Shown here one piece after another: positions 1 through 9,406 of a DNA stretch of 64,000 nucleotides (the stretch's first letter is position 1; the number at the start of each line of letters is the position of its first letter). The stretch is from Candidatus Undinarchaeota archaeon (GTDB lineage: Archaea > Undinarchaeota > Undinarchaeia > Undinarchaeales > UBA543): NCBI GenBank assembly GCA_964567575.1, contig CAZMMZ010000002.1, positions 14,254 to 78,253 of the forward strand, read 5' to 3'. The notes under the pieces were generated by a model. It was not told the DNA's origin, did not search any database, and was given only the letters and a program-made list of their open reading frames with translations. The position numbers and the translations under genes were made by a program.

Positions 1-696
1 ACCACGTGGAAACATTCCTTCTCCAGTTATGAGCAGACAATTAAGTTTCTTGTAAATCTTTTCTTGAATAAGACGGGACATCATAGCATCGTTCTCTATT
101 GCAAGAATGAAATCTGCTTTGAAATTATTAACTTCAACATCTTCAACAAAACCTGGGATAGCCCATCCACCGCGACCAAGTTTTGAACAATCAAAAGTGT
201 CGCCAGCTTGGCTTAGTGTAATATCTCCATAAATTGATCCGCGAGCTTTTGCTTCAATGTGCAATCTTTCTCTGAGCAATCCAAGTGAAGCTTCAATATC
301 ATTCAAAGTTGTTCCAGATTCTGTATCATCTTCAAAAGTATTTTCTTTAGACTTTGGTAAAGAGTGTTTCAAGTTGTAGTATAACTCACGTTTTCCTACT
401 GTTCGATTCATTCCTATGTATTCTTTACATGCTGCTGCAATAAGCATAGACTGCATGAATTTTCGAGTGTGAGCAACATTAAGGAAGCGCCTGCTTCCTC
501 TTTTACCACCTAAACGAAGAACACTTGCTTTCTCATCAAAAGAAATATTATTTCTTGCACGAATTGGCAATGTGAATTCTGGGGAATGTTCTTTTTTTAT
601 TACATCAGCCATATCTTTTCCAAAAGTTTCTATTGTTTTGATTGACTCTGCTGCATGCTTATCTTCTGCTTGTTTTGATTTTTTCTTTGCTGGTGC
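1..696 (-). CDS. top6A: DNA topoisomerase VI subunit A (Spo11-like), N-terminal part; the C-terminus runs off the window
   Basis: The minus-strand ORF starts at 696 (MAPAKKKSK...). Its translation contains a Spo11/Top6A-like ...LAIENDAMMSRL... region. It lies directly downstream of top6B, the usual archaeal B-A operon order. Confidence 0.7.
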
Positions 697-698
697 CA

Positions 699-2372
699 TT
701 ATTCTTCACCCCCCTCTTCAGGAGCTGGTTTTGTTGGTTCTTCTCCTATTGTTTCTTCCTCATCAGTTTCATCAAATTCTTCTCCGAATTTTTCAAGAAC
801 AATTTTGTGAAGTTTCTTTTCCAATTCTTCTTTCTTTTCTCCGCACATATCTGAAATAGCTTGTGCTGTTTCTGGAACATAACGTTCAAACATTTTCTTC
901 TTTGCATCACGTTCTGCAGCTTTGCGCTTTCCAGAAAGATATCTTTGCAAAATTCTACCAATTTGCATTAGTGCAAATCTTATTTCTGTTGTAATTTCTT
1001 CTTCATCTGCAACTGCTTGTTTTCCTGCAGATGTGTAAGGAACATGTGTTGAAACCAGATTAATGAAAATTGTAACAGATGAATTTTCAATATCTACAAA
1101 TTTGTAACGTTTCCAATCAATTGAATGCATTGATTTGCTTAGAGCACATGAACCTGCATCAAAAAGTAAAGGCGCGCGGTTTGCAAATCTCATAATTTCA
1201 AGGCGTTTTCCTTCTGGTGTTTGTCTACCTGCGTTTCCACCATAAGCAATTGCTGCTTCAACAAGGAAAGGAATTCCTCCTTTGTAAGTTGTTGGAGATC
1301 TTGTTAAAGATTCAAGTAATTCTGGATTAACAAGATTTTTCAAAGCTGCTTTGATGGTTTCTCCTCCAATTGGAATTAAACCAGTAGCCGGCGGAGCCAT
1401 GAATTTAACTTTTTTGAAAGATTTTCTAAGTTCTTCTGCTTCATTCCACTCTAATCGTTTTGGACTTCTTCGCATATCAAATTCAGGTAATCCTTCTTTT
1501 GTTCGCTCTTCATCAATTACTTTTTTAATTTCTGCAATTTTTTGTGAGCTTACACGAGAAAGATCTGTTGATAAAAATGAAGATAGTTGTCGAGCTTTTG
1601 ATTTGTGAGCCATATTCAAAATGTCGTGTGCTTCAAGACCTTCTGGGTGCGGTTTAATTTCTGTTGGTCTTTTTGGAATTTTATCACTAACTCTTTCAAA
1701 TAATACTTTAGATCCTTCTGGATCTTTGAAGAAAATTTGTGCGTGTGGATTTGAAGCGGCTGTCCATCTCAAATATTCAAATGGACCTTTCTGTCCTTTT
1801 GTATAATTAACTCCTTTGAATTGCGCTTCAACAATAGTTCCGCGCCAAGTGTCCGCATAAACTTCTTTGTCCATGATTTTTGGAGAATTAGTTTTAATGT
1901 CCATCTCAACTTTTGCAGTTATGACTTTTCCTTTGCCTGTTCCTGATTTTACTCGAGTTGGTTGACCAGTTGTAATTTGTGAGAACAAAACTGCTCCTGA
2001 AACACCAAGACCTTGCTGACCCCGAAGCTGAATGTTTCTGTGGAATTTTGTTCCTGTAAGTAGAGATCCGAAAACATGTTCTAAGTGCTTCTCTGGAATT
2101 CCTGGACCATTATCTTCAATTAGAACTTTGTAATGTTCATCACCGAGTTGCACAATTTCAACTTTGATGTCTGGAAGAATTCCTGATTCCTCACAAGCAT
2201 CAAGAGAGTTAGATACAAGTTCGTGTACAACTGTAGTAAGGGATTTTATTTTCCCAACATATCCAAGATACTGGCGGTTCTTACCGAAGAACTCGCTGAG
2301 TGGCACACTTCTAAATTCTTTGAAGAGTGATTCTGCGCTTACTGTTTTTTCTGGAGCCATATATGATTTCAC
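699..2372 (-). CDS. top6B: DNA topoisomerase VI subunit B (GHKL ATPase)
   Basis: 557 aa. Bergerat-fold motifs VHELVSNSLDACEE and EDNGPGIP are present, followed by a transducer-domain-like C-terminus. Confidence 0.9.
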   Translation of the reverse strand: MKSYMAPEKTVSAESLFKEFRSVPLSEFFGKNRQYLGYVGKIKSLTTVVHELVSNSLDACEESGILPDIKVEIVQLGDEHYKVLIEDNGPGIPEKHLEHVFGSLLTGTKFHRNIQLRGQQGLGVSGAVLFSQITTGQPTRVKSGTGKGKVITAKVEMDIKTNSPKIMDKEVYADTWRGTIVEAQFKGVNYTKGQKGPFEYLRWTAASNPHAQIFFKDPEGSKVLFERVSDKIPKRPTEIKPHPEGLEAHDILNMAHKSKARQLSSFLSTDLSRVSSQKIAEIKKVIDEERTKEGLPEFDMRRSPKRLEWNEAEELRKSFKKVKFMAPPATGLIPIGGETIKAALKNLVNPELLESLTRSPTTYKGGIPFLVEAAIAYGGNAGRQTPEGKRLEIMRFANRAPLLFDAGSCALSKSMHSIDWKRYKFVDIENSSVTIFINLVSTHVPYTSAGKQAVADEEEITTEIRFALMQIGRILQRYLSGKRKAAERDAKKKMFERYVPETAQAISDMCGEKKEELEKKLHKIVLEKFGEEFDETDEEETIGEEPTKPAPEEGGEE

Positions 2373-2905
2373 CTTTGATTATTTATTTTCCTGCATTCTT
2401 GTTCAAGCATTTTGTAAACTGATCCATGCATTGATCCATTTGCAAGCATATCTACTGCTCGAGCAGCTAAATGAACGCGATCTATTGATCCAATGATGCA
2501 AACTGTTTTTCCATATACTACCATATGAGTATCTGTTGTGTTTTCAATGATCTGTTTGCTTTTTCCTTCTCTTCCGATTATTCGTCCGCGAATTCCTATG
2601 AGGCGATTCTTTGATTTTCCTGCATATTCTGGTAACTCTATTATTTTCAGTTCCTTGTTTGGATCAAGAAGTTCCAATGCAGTTTCTGGCTCAAAACCAC
2701 GACCAATTGCTTTTACTACATCACGTGCGCGCCAAGTTGCTAATGGGTCATCGTTATCTTTTTTTTCAATTATTGCAACTTCACATATTTCTTTGTCAAT
2801 TTCGATTATTGTGTTTGTTGATTTTTCAATAATCTTTTTGATCTTTTCGTCTTCAGCCAGAATAAAATCCAACCTCTCTTCTGGAATTTTTACATATTCT
2901 GCCAT
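2369..2905 (-). CDS. KH-domain RNA-binding protein (archaeal Dim2/Pno1-like)
   Basis: 178 aa with two KH-like segments (IIGREGKSKQII..., GKTVCIIGSIDRVHLAARAV). Its position next to Rio1 and aIF1A matches the conserved archaeal ribosome-biogenesis cluster. Confidence 0.65.
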   Translation of the reverse strand: MAEYVKIPEERLDFILAEDEKIKKIIEKSTNTIIEIDKEICEVAIIEKKDNDDPLATWRARDVVKAIGRGFEPETALELLDPNKELKIIELPEYAGKSKNRLIGIRGRIIGREGKSKQIIENTTDTHMVVYGKTVCIIGSIDRVHLAARAVDMLANGSMHGSVYKMLEQECRKINNQR

Positions 2906-2971
2906 TTTATTTTAAGATAGTGTGAAATGAGGGTATAACTATTTAAAGTTTTTGTAACTCTCAAAGACCAA

Positions 2972-3688
2972 TTATGCTTCGCTTGTTATCGCTTTCTTCA
3001 GTTCTAGGTCTGTTGTCTCAACCCCATGTTTGCTAAAAAAGCGCGCTAAAACCTCACAATCTCGGTTCATTAGTTCCTCAGCTCTGATGTGGTGGGTCAA
3101 CACTCCTTGTCCAAAATCAATAAGAACCGGCTTGTTTTCATGCATTAAAATGTTAAATTCACTCATATCTCCATGAACTAATTCTGCTCCATGATAAAGT
3201 TTGTTTAGTGATTTTGTTATTTCTGAATAGACTTCTTCGATATTTTCTGGGATGTTATTTCGTATCTCTAGTGCAGGGGTTTCACCACCAATAAAACTCA
3301 TTACAAGTACATTTTTCAAAACAGCAATTGGTTTTGGGCAAGGAACTCCTGCTTTGTATGCGCGCTTTAAATTTTGAAATTCTTTTTTTGCCCAGGTTTG
3401 AATAATATCATATTTAGCTTGTTTCACATCAAATCTTGGATCGCCTTCAATATATGGGAGCATTTTGTGGAATGATGATGTTTCAATTCGATAAATTTTT
3501 ATAGCAAGTTTTTCTTCTCCTAAATAACCTCTATAAACATTTGCTTCTTTACCAACAGCAATCGATCCTCCTAATTTATCTAGATGTCCTTGTTTTATGA
3601 GTTTGTGTATAACTGCTAAAGTATTAACATCAAAAACTCCGTCTTCAAGTTTTCTTTCTATTTTGTGAGTTCGTTTATCAATTGCCAT
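2972..3688 (-). CDS. rio1: RIO-type serine/threonine protein kinase (Rio1-like)
   Basis: 238 aa. Motifs LAIKIYR, LVHGDMSEFNIL and IDFGQGV are present. There is no N-terminal wHTH, so it is Rio1-like rather than Rio2-like. Confidence 0.8.
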   Translation of the reverse strand: MAIDKRTHKIERKLEDGVFDVNTLAVIHKLIKQGHLDKLGGSIAVGKEANVYRGYLGEEKLAIKIYRIETSSFHKMLPYIEGDPRFDVKQAKYDIIQTWAKKEFQNLKRAYKAGVPCPKPIAVLKNVLVMSFIGGETPALEIRNNIPENIEEVYSEITKSLNKLYHGAELVHGDMSEFNILMHENKPVLIDFGQGVLTHHIRAEELMNRDCEVLARFFSKHGVETTDLELKKAITSEA

Positions 3689-3715
3689 TAAATCAAAAAT
3701 AAGTAGAAGTACTAT

Positions 3716-4213
3716 TTATATCATCAGGTCTTCTTCTGTAATCATTCCTTTTCTTAGAAGTTGACTTACTTGATTTCTTTTATACATGTACAAGTAGTCT
3801 CCTTTTTCATTTTCTTGAACAGTCCATTTTTGAACAAGAACAACGTCGCCAGCTCTGACTCTGAGTTTGTATCGTATTTTTCCTGGAATTCTGCAAATCC
3901 GTGTGTGACCATCTAAGCATTTTACTTGAAGTTTAGATCCGAAATGCTCGAGAATTACTCCAAGAATTTCGCGTTTGTATGGTTTTGGCATTCTAACACG
4001 GACAACATATTCTCCTTGTTGTGGTCCGCCTGGTCTTCTACCAAATCTTGGTGCAGTTGCAGTATTTGTTTTTGCTGGAGTAGTTGGTTTTGGTGTTGTA
4101 TCTTTTCCTTTTGGCACTTCTTTGTTGTCAGCTCCGCTACCAGTTGGCTTAGAGGACTCCTGTCCACGATCTTGTCCAACTTCTTTTTTTTCTCCAGGAA
4201 CTTTGTCTTGCAT
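3716..4213 (-). CDS. eif1a: Translation initiation factor 1A (aIF1A) with a ~65 aa low-complexity N-terminal extension
   Basis: The S1/OB core has the motif ICRIPGKIRYKLRVRAGDVVLV. The N-terminus is rich in K, P, T, G and Q. Confidence 0.8.
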   Translation of the reverse strand: MQDKVPGEKKEVGQDRGQESSKPTGSGADNKEVPKGKDTTPKPTTPAKTNTATAPRFGRRPGGPQQGEYVVRVRMPKPYKREILGVILEHFGSKLQVKCLDGHTRICRIPGKIRYKLRVRAGDVVLVQKWTVQENEKGDYLYMYKRNQVSQLLRKGMITEEDLMI

Positions 4214-4814
4214 AACGCTTTAGTTCTGTGAGCCGTATATTAAGCTTTTCCCTTGTCGATTTTGCAGCAAATGAATGTGGGTTTAGTAATAAGTAGTTCA
4301 GCACAGCTCCGAAATTATGAGACTTTCTTACAAAAGATCCTTTTTCAAAATCAATAAAATAAGGTTTTACATTTTTCCCAATTGTTCTAACAATAATGTG
4401 TTTATCTGCTCGAGATAATTCTCCATGATCAACACCTGCTTTGTCAAGATTTTCAGCTTGTTTTAGAACTTTTAACACAACAGCTCTTGCTTGCGCCTTT
4501 GTAGCACTTTCAATAAAATCAGGATAATTTTTCCCATAAATAAATTGCATTGCAACGCAATGTTTTGTTACTCCATAAATTTTTGGCCCAACTTTTTTTT
4601 CATTTGCTTTTTTTAGAACACTATTTTCTTTAAGAATTCTTTCTTGTGTGCTGATTTTTAATGCTGCAATTTTAGTTCCAAGTTTAATTTTGAAAACTTG
4701 TCCACGCCAACCTTTTGCAACAAAAGAAATTATTTTTGTAATTTTTAATTTTTTTAATTCTTGTTCAATTGGAAAATTAATTTTTTCTTTTATAATTTCA
4801 ATGTTTTCAATCAT
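4149..4814 (-). CDS. Atypical small protein kinase (Bud32/RIO-like fold)
   Basis: It has a glycine-rich loop AKGWRGQVFKI, an AALKIS lysine and a catalytic segment DHGELSRADKHIIV...IDFEKG. The track ORF is extended to 4952 by overlap with the transporter 3' end, so the real start is probably MIENIEII at 4814. Confidence 0.5.
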   Translation of the reverse strand: MIENIEIIKEKINFPIEQELKKLKITKIISFVAKGWRGQVFKIKLGTKIAALKISTQERILKENSVLKKANEKKVGPKIYGVTKHCVAMQFIYGKNYPDFIESATKAQARAVVLKVLKQAENLDKAGVDHGELSRADKHIIVRTIGKNVKPYFIDFEKGSFVRKSHNFGAVLNYLLLNPHSFAAKSTREKLNIRLTELKRYARQSSWRKKRSWTRSWTGVL

Positions 4815-6118
4815 GTTGCAATCCCAACAATAAATACAATGAATAGTATCAGTGGGATAAAGTATCGTATCAAATAAATTATCCAATGTGGCATATTCAG
4901 TTTTGTGTGTTTGTTTACAGCAGTAATGAATTTCTTTGAACTGAAGAACCAAGAAACTGTTATTGTGAATATTAGTGCGACAATTGGTAGTGTTAAAGTT
5001 CCAATTACATAATCAATTCCATCTAAGAATGGTTTTCCAAATAATGAAAGTTTCACAGCACTGTAACTCAAAGCTGATGGAAGACCAACAAGCAGTGCAA
5101 TACCATAAACAATTTTATTTGCGCGACGTCGTTTCATACCATATTCATCAATTAAAGAAGATACCCAAGTTTCTCCAATTGAAATTGCTGAAGTTATTCC
5201 AGCGAGAAGGAGAAGTAGGAAAAAGATTGCTCCGAAAACTCTACCAAAAGGAATCAGTGCAAAAACTTTTGGAAGCGTGATGAAAGCTAATTCCGGTCCT
5301 TGTCCAGGATTCATTCCAAATGCAAAAACAAGTGGGAAAATAATAAGACCTGCTAAAATTGAAATTAGAGTATCTGTTATAGTTATTGTAGCTGCAGCAA
5401 GTGGGATGTCTGTTTTTCTGTCTGTATAACTTGCATAAGTGAGAAGCAAACCAAATCCTACACCAACAGAGAAAAATGCTTGACTGCATGCGAAGATCCA
5501 AATCTTTGGATCAGCAAGAACAGAAAAGTTTGGAGTTAAGAAAAACTTCACACCTTCCATTGCTCCTGGAAGTGAGACTGCGCGAACTATCATAACAATG
5601 AAGAAAAGAAACATGAGCGGCATTGTGTATTTGCACAGTTTTTCAATTCCTCTTTTTATTCCTAAAGAATCAATAAAGAATAGTATTACAATTACTAGTA
5701 AAAAGAAAACCAGTGGAAGGTAAGAGCCACTAAAGCTTGCAAAACCTTGGTATCCTGTAAATGAAAATACAAAGTAAGCGAATATCCAACCAACAATTAC
5801 AATGTAATAACTGAGAATCGCCATCAAAATTATCAGGAAAAACCATCCAAGGTATTTTGTTCTTGCTCCAAGTTTTTTAAAGAATGATAAGATTGATGTT
5901 TGGAATGTCCATCCTGCAGATAATTCTAATAATACAATTGGAAATGCTAAGAGAATAATTGCAATAATATATGGAATCAGGAATGCTCCGCCACCATTTT
6001 TCCCAGCAATATATGGGAAACGCCAGATATTTCCAATCCCCACTGCAGAGCCAACTGCTGCAAGTATAAATCCGAGTTTTGACCAGTGCTCACGAGGTTT
6101 CTTCAGGAGCTTTTTCAT
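4811..6118 (-). CDS. Sodium:neurotransmitter symporter family (NSS/SNF) transporter
   Basis: 435 aa, polytopic. The NSS signature GNIWRFPYIAGKNGGGAFLIPY is near the N-terminus. Confidence 0.85.
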   Translation of the reverse strand: MKKLLKKPREHWSKLGFILAAVGSAVGIGNIWRFPYIAGKNGGGAFLIPYIIAIILLAFPIVLLELSAGWTFQTSILSFFKKLGARTKYLGWFFLIILMAILSYYIVIVGWIFAYFVFSFTGYQGFASFSGSYLPLVFFLLVIVILFFIDSLGIKRGIEKLCKYTMPLMFLFFIVMIVRAVSLPGAMEGVKFFLTPNFSVLADPKIWIFACSQAFFSVGVGFGLLLTYASYTDRKTDIPLAAATITITDTLISILAGLIIFPLVFAFGMNPGQGPELAFITLPKVFALIPFGRVFGAIFFLLLLLAGITSAISIGETWVSSLIDEYGMKRRRANKIVYGIALLVGLPSALSYSAVKLSLFGKPFLDGIDYVIGTLTLPIVALIFTITVSWFFSSKKFITAVNKHTKLNMPHWIIYLIRYFIPLILFIVFIVGIAT

Positions 6119-6160
6119 ACTACGCGCTAGTTGAATTGGCTATTAAAAGGTTTGCAGAAC

Positions 6161-6400
6161 TTAGAACAACATCTCTTCCAAATCAGTTTTGTTAATATCT
6201 ACAACAATTGGCGCTTTTCCAGGTGCGCGTCTAATTACAGTCATTGGAACAACACGTTTTTTGAATTCTGAAACTGCAATATCCGTTGGATCATTCAAAT
6301 CAGATTTGATTAGAATTGGTGCGCCCATTGCAAGTTGCAGAGCTCGTGCTCCTATAATTCGTGCGCGTTCAAAACGAGTGAGTTTGTTTGCTGTGTACAT
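6161..6400 (-). CDS. rpoK: DNA-directed RNA polymerase subunit K (Rpb6 homologue)
   Basis: 79 aa with [22 protein letters not shown]. Confidence 0.9.
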   Translation of the reverse strand: MYTANKLTRFERARIIGARALQLAMGAPILIKSDLNDPTDIAVSEFKKRVVPMTVIRRAPGKAPIVVDINKTDLEEMLF

Positions 6401-6497
6401 TTTGGTAAGTATATGGATTGTAAGGGGTTATATAAATGGTTCGGTAATTACGAAATTAAATAGATTTTTAAAGATATGATAACTACACTGAATTATT

Positions 6498-6848
6498 ATG
6501 AAAATTACTGGAAATATTGTAAAACACTTTATTTTTGAAATACTGATGATTTGCGGCGGATTAGCTGCAATATCACTTCTTCACACAAACACAATGGCAT
6601 TGACAATTGTAATGATTTTGATTGGAGCATTAATGCTCAAATTTTGGCATAAAAAATTAGACATATTATTTTTTGTTACAGCAGCGATAATCGGTCCTAT
6701 TGGCGAAATTGTATCTATTCAATCTGGAGTTTGGAATTATAGTATACAACATGTTTTGGGGATTCCACTTTGGCTACCACTTGTTTGGGGATTCTCATTT
6801 TTAATGATAAAAAGAGTTTCCAATACACTTTCAAGAATAGAATTATAA
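6498..6848 (+). CDS. Small integral membrane protein (3-4 TM), function unknown
   Basis: 116 aa, dominated by hydrophobic helices. Confidence 0.4.
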   Translation: MKITGNIVKHFIFEILMICGGLAAISLLHTNTMALTIVMILIGALMLKFWHKKLDILFFVTAAIIGPIGEIVSIQSGVWNYSIQHVLGIPLWLPLVWGFSFLMIKRVSNTLSRIEL

Positions 6849-7139
6849 ACTAAAAACTTGTGCGTGTGGAGTTCCTTGTATTGTTATGATATTCGCTTCT
6901 GAAACATATCCAAGTTCTTTTGCTTTGTTAACAACACGTTCTCCTACAAGATTTGCAATATGGCATTTCTCTAGTTTCTCTGCAAATTGCTCAATTGTAA
7001 TAATTTCTCCGCCATAATATATTTCACTAACGTTAATATTCAATTCACCTTCTTCAAAAGTTTGTCCAATCAGTTCTTTATCACAAGCAGCTAGCACAAT
7101 TGTTCCTTCCAAAGATGTTTGTGTATTACATGAAACCAT
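6843..7139 (-). CDS. Conserved-looking small cytosolic protein, function unknown
   Basis: 98 aa ORF tightly packed between neighbouring genes. No recognisable motif. Confidence 0.35.
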   Translation of the reverse strand: MVSCNTQTSLEGTIVLAACDKELIGQTFEEGELNINVSEIYYGGEIITIEQFAEKLEKCHIANLVGERVVNKAKELGYVSEANIITIQGTPHAQVFSL

Positions 7140-7140
7140 T

Positions 7141-7512
7141 TTATTTCCTCTTTTTCTTTACGCTGTTTTCCATTAAATAAGTTTCAATTTCTTGAACTTT
7201 CGGCATTAATGTTGCAAGAGTATCATTATCTGGTTTTGATTTGTATACCTTCCAATCATCAAGCAAAACATAAAGATGCGCATTTGTTCCAACACCAGTC
7301 ATCACAACTGCAAACCCGTTCTGCCTAATGCTTTTGTAAGCATTAATTGGAACTTTCGTTAAAGGATCGCCTTCAATATTAGACCATAAAAATCCAAGAG
7401 TCTCCTCTGAAACCTTTTCAAAATAATTTTTGTAAGGACTTTCCTCTATGATACTCTCAAATTTTTTTGTTTTCATAAAATCAGATTTTCCTAACTGGGT
7501 ATTTTGCTGCAC
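7141..7512 (-). CDS. Hypothetical protein
   Basis: 123 aa. The likely start is the internal MKTKKFES. No recognisable motif. Confidence 0.3.
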   Translation of the reverse strand: MQQNTQLGKSDFMKTKKFESIIEESPYKNYFEKVSEETLGFLWSNIEGDPLTKVPINAYKSIRQNGFAVVMTGVGTNAHLYVLLDDWKVYKSKPDNDTLATLMPKVQEIETYLMENSVKKKRK

Positions 7513-7903
7513 AAGCTTTGCATTTTATCCAAGGAACACCTTCAACCATTCTAATTTCTGTATCTGGTTTCTTACATTCCTTGCAAATTACAAACTCATT
7601 AACATAATTTTCTAGTTTCTGGTTTAAGAAAGCATTATTCTTTACAGTTTTGATTCTAAGACGATGGTTTTCAACTTCTCCTCTTGTCCCAGTTTCAAGA
7701 GCCAAGTATTTTTGCAAGTGAGCAGGTTCTCTTTCAAGTGTGCGAGCAACATCTGCAAAATTTTTAATAAGTGTGTTGTTCCCTTCAACAAAAGACTGAA
7801 ATTTAGGAATCTCAAATCTCTCTATTTCTTGTTCTTCAGTTTGTTTAGGAAGGCCTTCTCTTGCCCTGTTCAACATTTTTTGATATTCATCTTCTGTTGT
7901 CAT
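7481..7903 (-). CDS. eif2b: Translation initiation factor 2 beta subunit (aIF2 beta)
   Basis: 140 aa. It has the LQKYLALETGTRGEV... segment and a C-terminal zinc ribbon CKECKKPDT...CKAC. Confidence 0.85.
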   Translation of the reverse strand: MTTEDEYQKMLNRAREGLPKQTEEQEIERFEIPKFQSFVEGNNTLIKNFADVARTLEREPAHLQKYLALETGTRGEVENHRLRIKTVKNNAFLNQKLENYVNEFVICKECKKPDTEIRMVEGVPWIKCKACAAKYPVRKI

Positions 7904-7904
7904 T

Positions 7905-8507
7905 TTACACCAACTTCAGCAAATTTTTCTTTGGTTCAAAAACATCACCTTTGTGCATGAGATTTTGAACTGCTGATACTACCAAATTCTCATCAAGGTC
8001 CTTTAAATCCTTTATCAATTCGTCTAAATTCACTCCATCTCCTTTATCAAGTTCTTTTAATTTTTTGAATATGAGTTTTTCAAGATTTTCTGCCTGTTTT
8101 TCTGGGGTTGTTGCTATTGGTTTTGTCGAATTTAATTCAACTCTTCTTAAGAGTTCATGGTTAATATCTACTTTTTGCAATGCTTTTGATAAGATATTAA
8201 GTTCTCCTTCATACTCATTAATCTCTCCAAGCACATCAACAATATCTCCAACTTCTCTATCTTCAATTTCTGAGACACGATCTTTGAAAACTTTGATGTT
8301 TATTGTTTCTGTTGAATCATCAATTGTTGCGCTTGCAAATGATCTATTTTCTGCAACAAATTTTTCAACAATTGTTCCAAGAATTCTAACTCTTGAACTT
8401 TTTACTCCAGAAGGAGTTGTGATTGATCCGCCATATCCAGATTCTGCAGCTTCGTATGTTCCTTGAACAATATCTCTAATCCAAAGCTTAACTGCAGACT
8501 CTGCCAT
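7905..8507 (-). CDS. OB-fold plus C-terminal winged-helix protein (RPA32/Stn1-like ssDNA-binding candidate)
   Basis: An OB-like core (VRILGTIVEKF...INIKVF...DIVDVLGEINEYEGEL) is followed by an acidic linker and a wH-like C-terminus. The assignment is by gestalt only. Confidence 0.4.
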   Translation of the reverse strand: MAESAVKLWIRDIVQGTYEAAESGYGGSITTPSGVKSSRVRILGTIVEKFVAENRSFASATIDDSTETINIKVFKDRVSEIEDREVGDIVDVLGEINEYEGELNILSKALQKVDINHELLRRVELNSTKPIATTPEKQAENLEKLIFKKLKELDKGDGVNLDELIKDLKDLDENLVVSAVQNLMHKGDVFEPKKNLLKLV

Positions 8508-9406
8508 TAAAACAACACCGCCAAAAATTCAACCATTATCGATAGTATGAATGCAATTATTGTGCATGCTGCTATTGGTGGAAGAGCTGGTATTGCTCCT
8601 TTCTTGCTGTTAATCAAAATAGAATATACTGCAATTATTCCAAAGAACGCTCCGAATATCACAGCGATTCCTGAGAAAAGGGAATGTCTTGCTGCAGCTA
8701 CTGCAAAAATCACTGGGAATGCAATATCTCCAGTTCCAAGCATCATGAATTTTCTTTTTCCTTTTTTGTCTTTTCCTGGGCTTGCATCATCTACTTTTGC
8801 TTTCATTCCTTCTAATTTGGTTGGAACAATAAGTGACAGTGGAACATTTCTTGATATCAAATTCTTAAACATCTTTACCATGTGTTTTGTTTTGTAAACA
8901 GCAATGTAATCATAAATTGATAATACAATCAGGATAATTATCACAGCGTCCACCGGCAGAATTAATCCAATGCGTGCTCCAATTCCAGCAATTGCCAGAG
9001 TCATTACTGCATTTTGTAAAAAGACAGTCGGATGAACGAATCTTAATATAACAAGAGCAATTGCAAATGTTATCCCAAATATTTGAGGAATGAATGTAGT
9101 TAGAACCATTTCTGTTCCAATGAACATCATTGCCGCAAGCATTATTTTGAAAAGCCATTTCCCTTTTACAAATTTGATTAACGAAATCAAAATAACTGTT
9201 GCAATAAGGAATGCAATTAAGAAACTTCCTACAGAGGCACTAACCTCCATTGTTTCAGCAAATACTGGTAATTTTAAATTCAAAAATCCAACTAAAATTC
9301 CTATAATCTGAGCAAGCATAAACATGCCAGCACCAATTGCAAACATATTCATGTCAAATTCAATTGGGACTTCAGGACTTTTGGAGGAATCCGGGTTTTG
9401 GCTCAT
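8507..9406 (-). CDS. Presenilin/signal-peptide-peptidase family intramembrane aspartyl protease (A22)
   Basis: 299 aa, polytopic. The catalytic YD (SIYDYIAV), LGTGD (MLGTGDIAFP) and PAL (IPALPP) motifs appear in the canonical order. Confidence 0.7.
   Translation of the reverse strand: MSQNPDSSKSPEVPIEFDMNMFAIGAGMFMLAQIIGILVGFLNLKLPVFAETMEVSASVGSFLIAFLIATVILISLIKFVKGKWLFKIMLAAMMFIGTEMVLTTFIPQIFGITFAIALVILRFVHPTVFLQNAVMTLAIAGIGARIGLILPVDAVIIILIVLSIYDYIAVYKTKHMVKMFKNLISRNVPLSLIVPTKLEGMKAKVDDASPGKDKKGKRKFMMLGTGDIAFPVIFAVAAARHSLFSGIAVIFGAFFGIIAVYSILINSKKGAIPALPPIAACTIIAFILSIMVEFLAVLF

Noticed and set aside
4815-4952. N-terminal extension of the kinase ORF overlapping the 3' end of the NSS transporter
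   Set aside because: The extension lies entirely inside the upstream gene. The internal Met at 4814 gives a typical kinase length.
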